Positions 39,907 to 50,129 of a DNA stretch of 54,894 nt are shown piece after piece. The stretch's first letter is position 1, and each line of letters starts with the position of its first letter. A model generated the notes under the pieces. That model saw only the letters and a program-made list of their open reading frames with translations, ran no database searches and was not told the DNA's origin. The DNA comes from a virus (Duplodnaviria > Caudoviricetes): positions 1-54,894 of IMG/VR virus record IMGVR_UViG_3300024313_000009. The stretch is one strand, 5' to 3'. The translations under genes and the position numbers were made by a program.

Positions 39907-40980
39907 ATGGCAACAGAAGTAATAATATCTTCTGAAATGAAAGCTCGGATCATCGATAAGGTGGTCCGAGTTCTTCATACTAACCATTCTCATCCAGAAA
40001 AAAGAAGATTATTAGAAAGTAAAGAAAGATTAAATTTTGCATGTCCATATTGTGGAGATTCAACAGATAGTCCTAGAAAGAAAAGAGGAAATTTATACTG
40101 GAGCAATTTACAGTTTCATTGTTATAACTGCTCTGCTCATGAAAGTTTAGATGTTTTTCTTAAAGATCATAATGTAAACTTTGAAGGTGAAGATCGTATA
40201 GATGTAATTAATTTTATTAAAGAAAATAGAAAAAACTTTTCTTTAGGAGAAAGTTTAGAATTTCATTTATTTGAAATGGCTAATAAATTAGCATTAACAT
40301 TTGATGAGGTTGCTTTAGGCTTTAATGTGTATCCTATAAATAGTTTAACATACCGAGCATACCCTTATTTAAAAAGTAGATTACTTCATCATAAAACTGA
40401 AAGATTCGGTTATGACCCAAGAAGAAAAGAACTATATGTATTTAATCTTAATTCCAAAGGAAACATTATAGGTTTTCAAGTTAGAGCATTAGATGATAAT
40501 AGCGGTCCTAAATATAAAACATGGAATATAGAAAGAATATATGACAGGCTTAAAAAACCTTTAAATATAACTGAAGAAGAACTAGATTCTTTAAACAAAA
40601 TATCAATGATCTTCGGTATACTAACAACAGATTTGAGTAGACAGTTCACGGTATTTGAAGGTCCTATTGATTCATTCTTTATGTCAAATACCATTGGTCT
40701 TACTGGTGTTAAAAAACAAATATTGGATTTTGATGATATACCTACCGTTAGATATTTCTTTGATAATGATATTGAAGGTAAATCAAAAATGATCCAAAAA
40801 CTAAAAAGAGGTAATACTGTTTTTATGTGGCAAAAGTTTTTAAAGGATTTTAATATTCCTTCAAAAAAGGTAAAGGATTTAAATGACTTAGTTAAGTATG
40901 AATTTAAACATAGAACAGGGTGCTTGCATGAGTTGGATAAATATTTTACAAACAATCATTTAGATCTTATATTTATATGA
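39907..40980 (+). CDS. 61: DNA primase, T4 gp61-like
   Basis: Zn ribbon CPYCGDS...HCYNC; TOPRIM motifs VFEGPIDSFF, FFDND and KDLND. Confidence 0.93.
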   Translation: MATEVIISSEMKARIIDKVVRVLHTNHSHPEKRRLLESKERLNFACPYCGDSTDSPRKKRGNLYWSNLQFHCYNCSAHESLDVFLKDHNVNFEGEDRIDVINFIKENRKNFSLGESLEFHLFEMANKLALTFDEVALGFNVYPINSLTYRAYPYLKSRLLHHKTERFGYDPRRKELYVFNLNSKGNIIGFQVRALDDNSGPKYKTWNIERIYDRLKKPLNITEEELDSLNKISMIFGILTTDLSRQFTVFEGPIDSFFMSNTIGLTGVKKQILDFDDIPTVRYFFDNDIEGKSKMIQKLKRGNTVFMWQKFLKDFNIPSKKVKDLNDLVKYEFKHRTGCLHELDKYFTNNHLDLIFI

Positions 40981-41192
40981 TAAAAAATTACAACAATTTT
41001 GTGACTGAACAATTTGATGATTTTTATAATGATTTAGCAATCTCTAAAAAGAAGCTTAAATTATTTACTAAATTTAAAAAGATTAAAACTGATGATGTAA
41101 AAACAACCTTTACATTACCGCAACCTAAGAAAAGGTTTCAGCCAAAGATTAAGCAGTACAAAAAGATTAATAACGATAAAGGAATATTTTAA
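40977..41192 (+). CDS. Small basic protein with capsid-targeting-like N-terminus
   Basis: MIKNYNNFVTEQ followed by a Lys-rich region; overlaps both neighbours. Confidence 0.6.
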   Translation: MIKNYNNFVTEQFDDFYNDLAISKKKLKLFTKFKKIKTDDVKTTFTLPQPKKRFQPKIKQYKKINNDKGIF

Positions 41193-41641
41193 TGGCATTT
41201 GATGATACACAAATAAAAGAGGCTAATGAACAATTAGAACTTAGATTAGGTTCTGATAGGAATGATTGGAAAGCAAAAATCAAAGATCTTGTTTCTAAGC
41301 TAAAAAACATGAATGAATTAGCAGAGTGCCAAGTAAGAATGCTTTCATACCGGCAAATCTTATTAGACAAAGTAACTGATTTTAAGACCACCATATATAA
41401 AAGGAATGCTACTTGGGACAGGTATTATAAGAACCAATATCGAGAGTATTCAGTTAACTATGATGTTAAACTAACTAATGGCGAAAAGCATCAATTTATA
41501 AAAGCCGATCTGTCTTCTTTAAAAACTCAGATTGACATGTTACAATCACATATAGATTATTACTATGAATGTATTAAGACTTTAGATAACATGGCATTTG
41601 CAATAAGAAACAGAATAAACTTAGATGATAAGGAATTTTAA
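41192..41641 (+). CDS. uvsY: Recombination mediator, UvsY-like
   Basis: 149-aa helical protein ending IKAD...IKTLDNMAFAIRNRI, immediately upstream of uvsW. Confidence 0.75.
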   Translation: MAFDDTQIKEANEQLELRLGSDRNDWKAKIKDLVSKLKNMNELAECQVRMLSYRQILLDKVTDFKTTIYKRNATWDRYYKNQYREYSVNYDVKLTNGEKHQFIKADLSSLKTQIDMLQSHIDYYYECIKTLDNMAFAIRNRINLDDKEF

Positions 41642-43143
41642 TGGAACTATCTCTGTCTGAAAATAAAAAGTTTTTAGTAATTGATTCATGTACCGAATTG
41701 GAATATGAACAGTTAAAATCTAGTCTTACTAAGAAAATAGAAGGTTGGCGGTTCCACCCTTTAGTAAAGAAAAAGGTATGGGATGGTAATATTTCGTTTA
41801 TTAAAAGAAATAAAATTCCGGCAGGGTTATGGAAAGAAGTTATAGACATCTGTAAACAATATGATTATCAATTTACACTAAATGGCATAACTGATATTTT
41901 TGATACTTCGATAGATGAAGATATGTTTAGAGGTTGGGTAGATGAATTTTTTGCAAAGTCTGAAATTAAACCTAGAGATTATCAGATTGATGCTGCAATT
42001 AAAATTTTAAAATATAGAAGGTGTTTAGCTGAATTGGCAACGTCTGCAGGTAAAACTTTAATTTCATTTATGGTGGTTGCTTATATGATGGAACAATTAG
42101 GCAAAAAGAAAATCTTAATGATCGTGCCTAATGTAAGTTTAGTAGTTCAGGCGAGTGGAGATTTTGAAGAATATAATAAAGGCAGAGTACCTATTAAGAT
42201 TCAACAAATTTATGCAGGAGTTAAACTAAGAAAGAGTTCTAATATAGTTATAGGTACTTATCAATCATTAACTAAAAAAGACGAGGAATACTTTAGCCAA
42301 TTTGATGCAGTATTTGTAGATGAAACTCATAAAGCAAAAGCAAATTCAATCCAAAAGATAATGGATAAATGTTGGCACTGTGATTATAGATTTGGTTTAA
42401 GTGGTACTATACCTAAAAGAGGAACTGTAAATAGACTTAGTTTAATGTCGGCAATGGGCCCACTAGTAACTCAAGTAAAGGCTGCTCATTTACAGGAAGA
42501 AGGTCATATTGCAAAATGTAAAGTTTTACAGATCCACATGGAATATGCAACCGATGCACAAAAAGAAGCATTCTCATCTCTGTCTAAAAATCCGTATGAT
42601 AGACAAAAGCTATTTAGTTTAGAACAAAACTTTATTAACGAAAGTGAAAAGAGACTAGACTTCGTTTGTCAGGTAATTAAAAAATCAACATCCAACTCAT
42701 TAGTCTTATTTCATAAAATAGCATACGGTGAAAAACTATATCAAAAGCTTAGAACAATAACAGATAAAAAAGTCTATTATGTTGACGGTTCTGTTAAGTC
42801 TGATTTTAGAGAAGAGTTTAAAAAGAGAATGGAAAAGAATGATGATGTTATTATTGTAGCATCATACGGAACATTCTCAACAGGTATTTCAATTAAAAAC
42901 ATTCATAACATTTTCTTTACTGAATCATTTAAATCAGAAGTAATTATCAGACAGTCAATAGGTAGAGGTTTAAGAAAACATGAAGCCAAAGATGTTGTAA
43001 AAATATATGACTTCATTGACGATTTTAGATATAAAGTAGATGATCATGACTGGGTAAATTATATCTATAGACACGGTATGGAAAGAAGAAAAATATACAA
43101 GGAAGAAAAGTTTCCTTTTGAGGTACAAAATGTAAGGTATTAA
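41641..43143 (+). CDS. uvsW: SF2 DNA helicase UvsW
   Basis: PRDYQ, ATSAGKT, DETH, GLSGT, SYGTFSTGISIKNIHN and QSIGRGLR. Confidence 0.95.
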   Translation: MELSLSENKKFLVIDSCTELEYEQLKSSLTKKIEGWRFHPLVKKKVWDGNISFIKRNKIPAGLWKEVIDICKQYDYQFTLNGITDIFDTSIDEDMFRGWVDEFFAKSEIKPRDYQIDAAIKILKYRRCLAELATSAGKTLISFMVVAYMMEQLGKKKILMIVPNVSLVVQASGDFEEYNKGRVPIKIQQIYAGVKLRKSSNIVIGTYQSLTKKDEEYFSQFDAVFVDETHKAKANSIQKIMDKCWHCDYRFGLSGTIPKRGTVNRLSLMSAMGPLVTQVKAAHLQEEGHIAKCKVLQIHMEYATDAQKEAFSSLSKNPYDRQKLFSLEQNFINESEKRLDFVCQVIKKSTSNSLVLFHKIAYGEKLYQKLRTITDKKVYYVDGSVKSDFREEFKKRMEKNDDVIIVASYGTFSTGISIKNIHNIFFTESFKSEVIIRQSIGRGLRKHEAKDVVKIYDFIDDFRYKVDDHDWVNYIYRHGMERRKIYKEEKFPFEVQNVRY

Positions 43144-43206
43144 TATAGAATATCTTTCTCATGAGAGATGGATATATAAAAAAAGAATCAAAAAAAGATA
43201 ATTATA

Positions 43207-44739
43207 ATGAAACCAATTAAAAAGTTTTCACTGATGGCTAAAGCTGATGATTCAATTAATGAATCGGCTGACCCAAATCATGATGCTGTAATGGATCTAG
43301 TTAAAAAGATGGGTTACGAAAGTGTCGAAGAATTAAAGAAAGAAAAAAATCTTTTAACTAAATTAGAAGGTTTATTAAAAGATGTTTCACCAAAGGACGA
43401 TATTTCTGAGGATGAACTTGAAGAAGATAGAGCCGAAGATATAGCTGATGAAGTTAAAAAGAAAGGTGAACCTAAATCATTAGAATCTGAAGAAGATAAA
43501 GATGAAGATAAAGTTGGTACCGATGGTGAAGTTGCTGAAACTGATGAAGTTGAAGAAGACTCTGCAAAAGATATTGAAGATGAAGTATTAGCTAAAGGCG
43601 AACCTAAAGATGTAGAAGATAAGGCAGGTGATAAGGTATCTGATGATCCTGAAATTACCGCTGAGGTTCCTGCTGAAGCTGATGAAGTTGAAGATGAGGA
43701 AGGTGTTGAGGTTGCTGCTGAAGAAGAGGAAACTCCGGCTGCTACAAAAAGAATTATGGCTTTCGAAGATTTCATTAAAGAAAAAGAAGTTACAATAAAT
43801 AAGAATGTCAAATATCACGATGATGATGAAGAGAAAGAAGACTATTCTGTTGTTGCTGCATCTGCCGATGCTATTTCTGAGGATGATGAAGATAAAGGAA
43901 TGGAAGATGAAAAAGAAGGAGATGAGTTAGAAGACAAAGGTGATAAGAAAGTTGATTCTGAAGATGACAAAGAAAAGGCTGACCATTATAAAGGAGCTGT
44001 AAAATCTGATGACTCCGAAATTGATGCATTAAAGAAAGATGCTGAATATGATGAAGAAGAAGAAAAGAAAGATGAATCAAGAATTATGTCTTTTTCAAAT
44101 TTTGTAACTGAATCGTATGATGAAGAAGAAGTAGAAGAAGAAGAAGAAATAGAGGCTGAAGAAGAAGCTGTAGAAGAAGCGGTAGGTGAAGTAATTACTA
44201 AAGTTACCGGTGATGAAATTGCTGATGAAGAAGCTGGTGATGATGGCCTTGCTATTCCTGCAGAAAAAGGCGACGGTTCTGAAACTGCTGCTGGTATTGC
44301 TGGTGATATAATGGATATGGGTAAAGTAAAAGTACAACCTGAATCAAAAGGCGAAGAATTAGTTACTAAAGACCAAAAGATTACAACTGAAGTAAAAGGT
44401 GAAGCTGATGATCTTAAGGATGCTACTGAAGTTCCTGCAAAAATGGGAGATGGTTCTGAATCTGCCGCAGGTATTGCTGGAGACATAATGAATATGGGTA
44501 AAGTAAAAGTTCAGCCTGAAGCAAAAGGTGCTGCATTAGTTGGAGAAGCTAAGATTACAGAAAAAGAAATTACTTCTGCTGATGAATTTAAAGAATATGC
44601 AATGGCAATTCTAAAAGATGCATTCGGAGATGATTTTGATGAAACTAAAGCAACTGAAACTGCTGATGGATTAATTAAGAAGTATGGTGAAGATTACGGC
44701 GCAATGGTCGGAGCTTTACAATCTACTATGGGATCATAA
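43207..44739 (+). CDS. Highly acidic repeat protein with several capsid-targeting-like motifs (prohead core/internal protein candidate)
   Basis: Asp/Glu-dominated; RIMAFEDFIKE and RIMSFSNFVTE motifs; internal duplications. Confidence 0.65.
   Translation: MKPIKKFSLMAKADDSINESADPNHDAVMDLVKKMGYESVEELKKEKNLLTKLEGLLKDVSPKDDISEDELEEDRAEDIADEVKKKGEPKSLESEEDKDEDKVGTDGEVAETDEVEEDSAKDIEDEVLAKGEPKDVEDKAGDKVSDDPEITAEVPAEADEVEDEEGVEVAAEEEETPAATKRIMAFEDFIKEKEVTINKNVKYHDDDEEKEDYSVVAASADAISEDDEDKGMEDEKEGDELEDKGDKKVDSEDDKEKADHYKGAVKSDDSEIDALKKDAEYDEEEEKKDESRIMSFSNFVTESYDEEEVEEEEEIEAEEEAVEEAVGEVITKVTGDEIADEEAGDDGLAIPAEKGDGSETAAGIAGDIMDMGKVKVQPESKGEELVTKDQKITTEVKGEADDLKDATEVPAKMGDGSESAAGIAGDIMNMGKVKVQPEAKGAALVGEAKITEKEITSADEFKEYAMAILKDAFGDDFDETKATETADGLIKKYGEDYGAMVGALQSTMGS
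44255..44528 (+). repeat. Imperfect direct repeat of about 97 bp, period 177 bp (PAxxGDGSExAAGIAGDIMxMGKVKVQPExKG)
   Basis: Copies at 44255-44351 and 44432-44528. Confidence 0.85.
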
Positions 44740-44759
44740 TAAAAACAAGAACTAAAGAT

Positions 44760-45194
44760 ATGAGTAATATAAAAAAGTTTGCAGAATTTGTAAATGAATC
44801 ACTTAATGAAGCTGAATTACCATCATGGGTTGAAGGCGGTCCTTATGACTCCCTCAAAGATATGACAGGTAATATTGATCTTGATGGAATGACAGTAGCG
44901 GATATTAATAAAAATTACCAACCAGCTTTAAAATATTTAGGAGTAAAATCTATTGCTGATATGGGATATCTTTCAAGTACTGCTAATGATGATGAATTGT
45001 ATGATATTGTTTCGCCTCAAATGAAAGGTTCCAACCTTCTTGGTAATGATAGAGGGAAAGGAATGGATCCATCACCATACACAGCTGCTTATAAAGGAAT
45101 GCTAGGAGACGTAAAAATAATTATAGTACAAGATATTAATCAAGAAAATAGTTATGCATACGCTGCGGTTGATTCTAGAGGAAACCTTAAATAA
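44760..45194 (+). CDS. Putative internal head protein
   Basis: Starts MSNIKKFAEFVNESLNEA (targeting motif plus LxE site). Confidence 0.65.
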   Translation: MSNIKKFAEFVNESLNEAELPSWVEGGPYDSLKDMTGNIDLDGMTVADINKNYQPALKYLGVKSIADMGYLSSTANDDELYDIVSPQMKGSNLLGNDRGKGMDPSPYTAAYKGMLGDVKIIIVQDINQENSYAYAAVDSRGNLK

Positions 45195-45202
45195 ACATAA
45201 AC

Positions 45203-46474
45203 ATGAAACATATAAAATTGTTTGAACAATGGCTGGCCGACAAAAGCCAGCCATTTCTTTTTGAAGGAGGTGCCGCTGGTCACATGGCCCATCCATTTGA
45301 CGATAAAGATTTAACCTTTGGTGATTTTAAGGCAATGATAGATGCTGGTCTTAGAGGTGAATTAAACTTTGAAGAAGATGCTACTGAAAAGACCGATGGC
45401 CAAAATGCATTTGCTACTATCCAAGACGGTGAAGTTAAATTTGCAAGAAACAAAACAGAGTTAAAGAATCCAATGACTCTTTCTGAATTTAAGAATAAAT
45501 TTGAAGGGCATCCTAGTAAATTAGTACAAGATACTTTTCAATTTGCTGCACAGGATTTAGCTAGGTTGCTAATGGCTCTTTCTCCAGCTGACCAAGAAAA
45601 ATATTTTAAGAATGGAAAAGACTTTATGAACATGGAGTTAATCTATTCACAAAACCCTAATGTTATTCATTATGATACAGATGTAATTCAATTTCACGGG
45701 ATAAAGGAAACTGATGGTAACGGTAACATTACAGGCACTAATAATAAACCTGCAAAAGAAATTGCAGATATACTTAAAAAGGTACAATCAGATATTGGTA
45801 AAACTTTTAAAATAATTCCACCTAGAGTTATTAAATTACAAAAAGATTTGGATTTTACCACAAACAAGAAAAGATTTATAAACCAAGTTAACGCATTAGA
45901 AAAAAGATACGGTTTAACTGATAGCGATGAAGTTGCTAAATATCACGAAATGTGGTGGAGAGAATTAATTGATAAACAATTCCCTACATTATCTCAAGAT
46001 GTAAAAGAAGGTTTACTTAAGAGATGGGCGTACGGCGATAAGAAGAGTTTAAATATGAGATCTCTTGCTAAACAAATTGGACCTAAAGAAGCTGCACTAG
46101 TTAAAAAGTTTGACAAAGAAGATGTTGCTAAAAAGTATAAAGAAAACATTAGACCTTTTGAAGATCTGTTCTTAGAATTAGGATCTGTGATTCTTAAAAA
46201 CGCATCTGACTTTTTAGCAGCTAATCCATCCGATGAAGCACAAAGGCTAAGAGCTCAAATACAAACAGCAGGAAGTAAAATTAAAAAGACTGGTGGGGCT
46301 GATCAAGTAAGAAAGGTAGAAGCTGAACTAGCAAGGCTTGATAGAATTGGTGGAATAGAATCTATATTTCCAACTGAAGGAATAGTATTTAAATACAAAG
46401 GAAAGATTTATAAACTTACTGGTACATTTGCTGCAATCAATCAATTGTTAGGTATCATTAAGTTCGGTAGGTAA
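45203..46474 (+). CDS. ATP-dependent ligase-fold nucleotidyltransferase (RNA-ligase-like), putatively virion-packaged
   Basis: Motif I TEKTDG, Ia FARNK, III NMELI, IIIa IQFHGI, IV EGIVF, V IYKLTG; no OB domain apparent; N-terminus MKHIKLFEQWL. Confidence 0.7.
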   Translation: MKHIKLFEQWLADKSQPFLFEGGAAGHMAHPFDDKDLTFGDFKAMIDAGLRGELNFEEDATEKTDGQNAFATIQDGEVKFARNKTELKNPMTLSEFKNKFEGHPSKLVQDTFQFAAQDLARLLMALSPADQEKYFKNGKDFMNMELIYSQNPNVIHYDTDVIQFHGIKETDGNGNITGTNNKPAKEIADILKKVQSDIGKTFKIIPPRVIKLQKDLDFTTNKKRFINQVNALEKRYGLTDSDEVAKYHEMWWRELIDKQFPTLSQDVKEGLLKRWAYGDKKSLNMRSLAKQIGPKEAALVKKFDKEDVAKKYKENIRPFEDLFLELGSVILKNASDFLAANPSDEAQRLRAQIQTAGSKIKKTGGADQVRKVEAELARLDRIGGIESIFPTEGIVFKYKGKIYKLTGTFAAINQLLGIIKFGR

Positions 46475-46560
46475 ATAGTAGATACACCTATACAGCTCAC
46501 CTGTATTAAGAGATAACATTTACGGTATTTGTATATACTCTGATTAGTACAGAGTATGAT

Positions 46561-46589
46561 AAAGGATAGGTATATACTATCCTTTTTTT
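46561..46589 (+). terminator. Intrinsic terminator
   Basis: AAAGGATAG/CTATCCTTT 9-bp stem followed by a T run. Confidence 0.7.
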
Positions 46590-46640
46590 ATATAGCTATT
46601 TAATCAAAGAATATATAAATTGACAATATAAAATAAGCAA

Positions 46641-49600
46641 ATGAAAGAGTTAACTCAAATTTATAAAGATGCAGGCCAACAATTAATAGAAGATCTTTTT
46701 AAGGATTATCTTATAGTATCCGAAAAACTATCAGGTTCTTCATTTTCATTTAAAAAAGACGGTGAAGGAATTACTTTTTATAAAGGTGGAAACCAAAAAC
46801 CTATTAACTTAATTGATAGGACTATAATGGTTTATTATGAAAAGCCTATTAATTTTATAAAATCTGTAACCAGCAAAAATCTTTCTTCCATTCCTGAGAA
46901 TTGGAAGTTCTGTTTTCAATATTTTGTAAATACTAATCCTGGTATTATTACTTATGATAGGCTACCTAAAAATAATTTAGTACTTACTCATATTAAAGTA
47001 ATGACACCAGCTGGTAAAGTTACAAAGGTTATAGAAGATCCTAGGGTAATTAGAGACTGGGCAAACGCACTAGGTGTTACTCCACTACTTCCATTATTTA
47101 AAGGTTACTTAACAGAAGATCAAAAGAAAAAGATTAAAGAATTTTTAGAAACGCCAAAAGAAGATCATGCTGAGATTTTTAGTACTAATTCATTTGCTGA
47201 ATATTTACTTAGAATTCTAAATCCTAATATTCAATCAACGACTTTACAAAACGATCTTAAGAAGCCTATAGAATCTATTGTATTTAAATTTTACAAATCT
47301 GGTACTAAACAAGTTATTGCTGCTAAGTTAATAGATCCTTATACAATTAATTTAATGAAAGAAAAGGAACCTATAGATATGAGAAAGGCTCCTGCTGATA
47401 TTAATGAAATTATTTTATTGGATCTTTTAGCATTTATAGAAGAAAGAGGAATTAAGAAGCATGAGATTTTAGGGGATGGTGAAGATATGAGATACATAGA
47501 ATTAGTTTCAAATATATTTAATGACTATGTAACTAAAAGAGGGAAAGATATTGCAAAGATTGATATTGAAAAAGCTGAGTTTGCTAAAGGTAAAGAATTT
47601 GATTTAAATGTAGAATTAATACCAAGCCAAAGAACTAAAGATATCCTTAACAGTAACCCTAAGCTAAAAGACTTGTTTAAAATAATGTTAGGCTCTTTAA
47701 AAAAGAAAAGAAAGAACACTGGTAATATTATGACGCCATCAGTTGTTGAAGATTTTAATAAAATGGTAGATAAAGTAACCGATGTAATTCAAACAAAAGA
47801 TGATGGTAAATTTAAAACCTTTGATGATTACTTAAAAATCAAATCAACCAATGAATCTCTTTTACCTAACGCTGAAGAACTATTAATTGAAGATAAAGTT
47901 TTAGACTATAACAACTTTATTAATTTAGGTAAAGTTATTGTAGAAGATAATAGAAAGAGTGGTGAAATTTGGAAAACCTCAACAGGGTTTAGAGGACAGG
48001 ATGCTAACGGTGATAGAAAAACATTTAAGTCTAAAGAACAGACTCAATCGTGGATAAAAACCGGAAGAGAGGATGTTGATAAAGAACCTACTGAGAAAAC
48101 TGAAGATTTTGATATTTCTAAAATTGATAAAAAGAAAAGTCCTGCTGCTTTTGATATAGCAAAAGACATAGATAAAATTGAAGATCCAAAACAAAGAGAA
48201 GAGGCTAAATCATTTGTTAAGAATTTAACAGATTATGAAATGGCTGAACCGGGTTCACCTGAAAGAAAAAAGGCTTTAGAGAAATTCTTTGAAGAAGGTG
48301 GTATTAATAGAAATGCGTTAGGAACTGATACAAATAAATTTTATGTAGGCCAATCTGATGAGTATGAAGGTTCAGGTAGAGGTAATAGGTTTAATAAGAA
48401 AACAGGTTTATCATATAGTAAAGCTTTTACTAAAGGCCAAACTGCTAAGATGATGGCTGATGCTGAAGAACTAGGAGTTTTAATTCCTATGCAAAATGGA
48501 ATACCAAGAACTAATGGAAAAAGATTAGCACCTACAAATGTTCATACTGATTCAAAAGGAAAAAAACCTAAAGCAGTTGCTGTAAAGGTTTCTAAAATAG
48601 AACCTAAAGGAAAACCCGGTGATAAAGACTATGATCCAGGTGGTGTTAAGATTGGTGGTGAGAATGGTGTAGAGATGAAAAACACTCCTCCTATGACTGA
48701 AGGCCAAAGGGCTGACCTAAAAGAAAAATTTAAAAAGGCAAAACCTAATGCAACAGAAGAAGAGATTAATAGATATGTTGCTATTAATGAAACTTTTAGA
48801 GAACAAAATAATCAAAAGATTAAAGACATACAAGAAAAAGAATTAACTATAATTCCTATTTTGGACGAAAATGATCAAGAGATAGATGTTTTTACAAAGG
48901 ACGGTCAAAAGAAAGCGGTTAAGGCTGTTTCTAAAAATGTAACAGGTAAGGTTAAAGAAATATTAAATTCTCCACCAAAGATAACACCGTCACCAGATTT
49001 ACAAAAAGCTTTGGATGATTTTGATACAGCTGCATCTGATTTTGCAGATGGTAAAATAACACAAAAAGAATTTAAAAAACAAATGGATGATACTTTATTA
49101 GAAATGATAAATGATCCTCATACTAGGCCAGGTATGCCAGACTTAGTAGAAACATTTGCTATGATGGAAGATTTGAGCGAAGGTAGAGCATCAGTTTCTC
49201 CAGATGCTGCAAACTTTGCATTAGCTGATATAATAACATTTGATCCTGCTGAACTACCACCAAACGCCACACCTGAAGAAGTAAACAAACATATTAATGT
49301 TATGACAACTTCAAGTGGTAGTCGTTCAATTAAATTTGAAGCAGGTGGAGCTAGCCAATCAAGTAATAAAATAGATGCAACAGAATATGCTGACTTTAAT
49401 GATAAGATTAAAGGCGCAGAAATAAAATCAGATTTACAAGATTTAACAAATAAGCAATATGATGACATTTACAATGTACAAGAAGAGCCGCCGTTTAAAA
49501 CATTAGAAGGAGTAACTAATAATGCCAAAAGCTTAGCTAAAAAATATGATGTAGATTTAGAAGGTTTAGATCCACTTAGTGATAAGAAGAGGGCGGTTTA

Positions 49601-50090
49601 TGAAAAGCGTGCTGATAAGAAAATGGTAGGTAATGTTATTAAAGAATATAAAGAAAAAGGTATTGACTTAAGTGAAGATGATGCTAAAGATTTATTAGTT
49701 AGGAGATGGACTGCAATGGATATGAATGGTAAAATAATGCAAGAGGTTAATAACAAACAACAGATGTCTCAATCATTTACCAACCGTTCTTATAATACTG
49801 ATCCTGCTGATGCAGGTACATCTAATCCTGATAATCCAGAAGTTATGAAAGATGAAGATGGTAAGCCAATAGTAATTTTAGACATGGAAGGTAATCCTAA
49901 GTTAAAGAATGGAAAGAAACAGTATAGGAGAAAACAGAAAATGAAAATAAAAGAAACAAATGGAGTTTCTGATATGGCTTGTATGAATTATGCTGATAAC
50001 CCAGGCTTTAGTAAAACAGGAAAGCCTACAAATAAAATGCCAGCCAGAGTTGTTAATTGTAAAGATAGCAATAAGTGGCTAGGTTCTTAA
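46641..50090 (+). CDS. Multidomain protein: divergent ligase-fold N-terminus plus PD-(D/E)xK-like C-terminal domain
   Basis: N-terminal SEKLSG, TPLLPLFKG, ESIVF, AAKLID; linker KFKTFDDYLK; C-terminal LVETF...PDAANFALADII...SIKFEAGGAS. Confidence 0.55.
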   Translation: MKELTQIYKDAGQQLIEDLFKDYLIVSEKLSGSSFSFKKDGEGITFYKGGNQKPINLIDRTIMVYYEKPINFIKSVTSKNLSSIPENWKFCFQYFVNTNPGIITYDRLPKNNLVLTHIKVMTPAGKVTKVIEDPRVIRDWANALGVTPLLPLFKGYLTEDQKKKIKEFLETPKEDHAEIFSTNSFAEYLLRILNPNIQSTTLQNDLKKPIESIVFKFYKSGTKQVIAAKLIDPYTINLMKEKEPIDMRKAPADINEIILLDLLAFIEERGIKKHEILGDGEDMRYIELVSNIFNDYVTKRGKDIAKIDIEKAEFAKGKEFDLNVELIPSQRTKDILNSNPKLKDLFKIMLGSLKKKRKNTGNIMTPSVVEDFNKMVDKVTDVIQTKDDGKFKTFDDYLKIKSTNESLLPNAEELLIEDKVLDYNNFINLGKVIVEDNRKSGEIWKTSTGFRGQDANGDRKTFKSKEQTQSWIKTGREDVDKEPTEKTEDFDISKIDKKKSPAAFDIAKDIDKIEDPKQREEAKSFVKNLTDYEMAEPGSPERKKALEKFFEEGGINRNALGTDTNKFYVGQSDEYEGSGRGNRFNKKTGLSYSKAFTKGQTAKMMADAEELGVLIPMQNGIPRTNGKRLAPTNVHTDSKGKKPKAVAVKVSKIEPKGKPGDKDYDPGGVKIGGENGVEMKNTPPMTEGQRADLKEKFKKAKPNATEEEINRYVAINETFREQNNQKIKDIQEKELTIIPILDENDQEIDVFTKDGQKKAVKAVSKNVTGKVKEILNSPPKITPSPDLQKALDDFDTAASDFADGKITQKEFKKQMDDTLLEMINDPHTRPGMPDLVETFAMMEDLSEGRASVSPDAANFALADIITFDPAELPPNATPEEVNKHINVMTTSSGSRSIKFEAGGASQSSNKIDATEYADFNDKIKGAEIKSDLQDLTNKQYDDIYNVQEEPPFKTLEGVTNNAKSLAKKYDVDLEGLDPLSDKKRAVYEKRADKKMVGNVIKEYKEKGIDLSEDDAKDLLVRRWTAMDMNGKIMQEVNNKQQMSQSFTNRSYNTDPADAGTSNPDNPEVMKDEDGKPIVILDMEGNPKLKNGKKQYRRKQKMKIKETNGVSDMACMNYADNPGFSKTGKPTNKMPARVVNCKDSNKWLGS

Positions 50091-50129
50091 TATTAATTTA
50101 ATAAGAGTGAATAAATAAAAAAAGTGTAC

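Noticed and set aside
44255-44528. Repeat pair as diversity-generating retroelement TR/VR
   Set aside because: Both copies are in frame in one gene, differences are mostly synonymous and not adenine-specific, and no reverse transcriptase is present.
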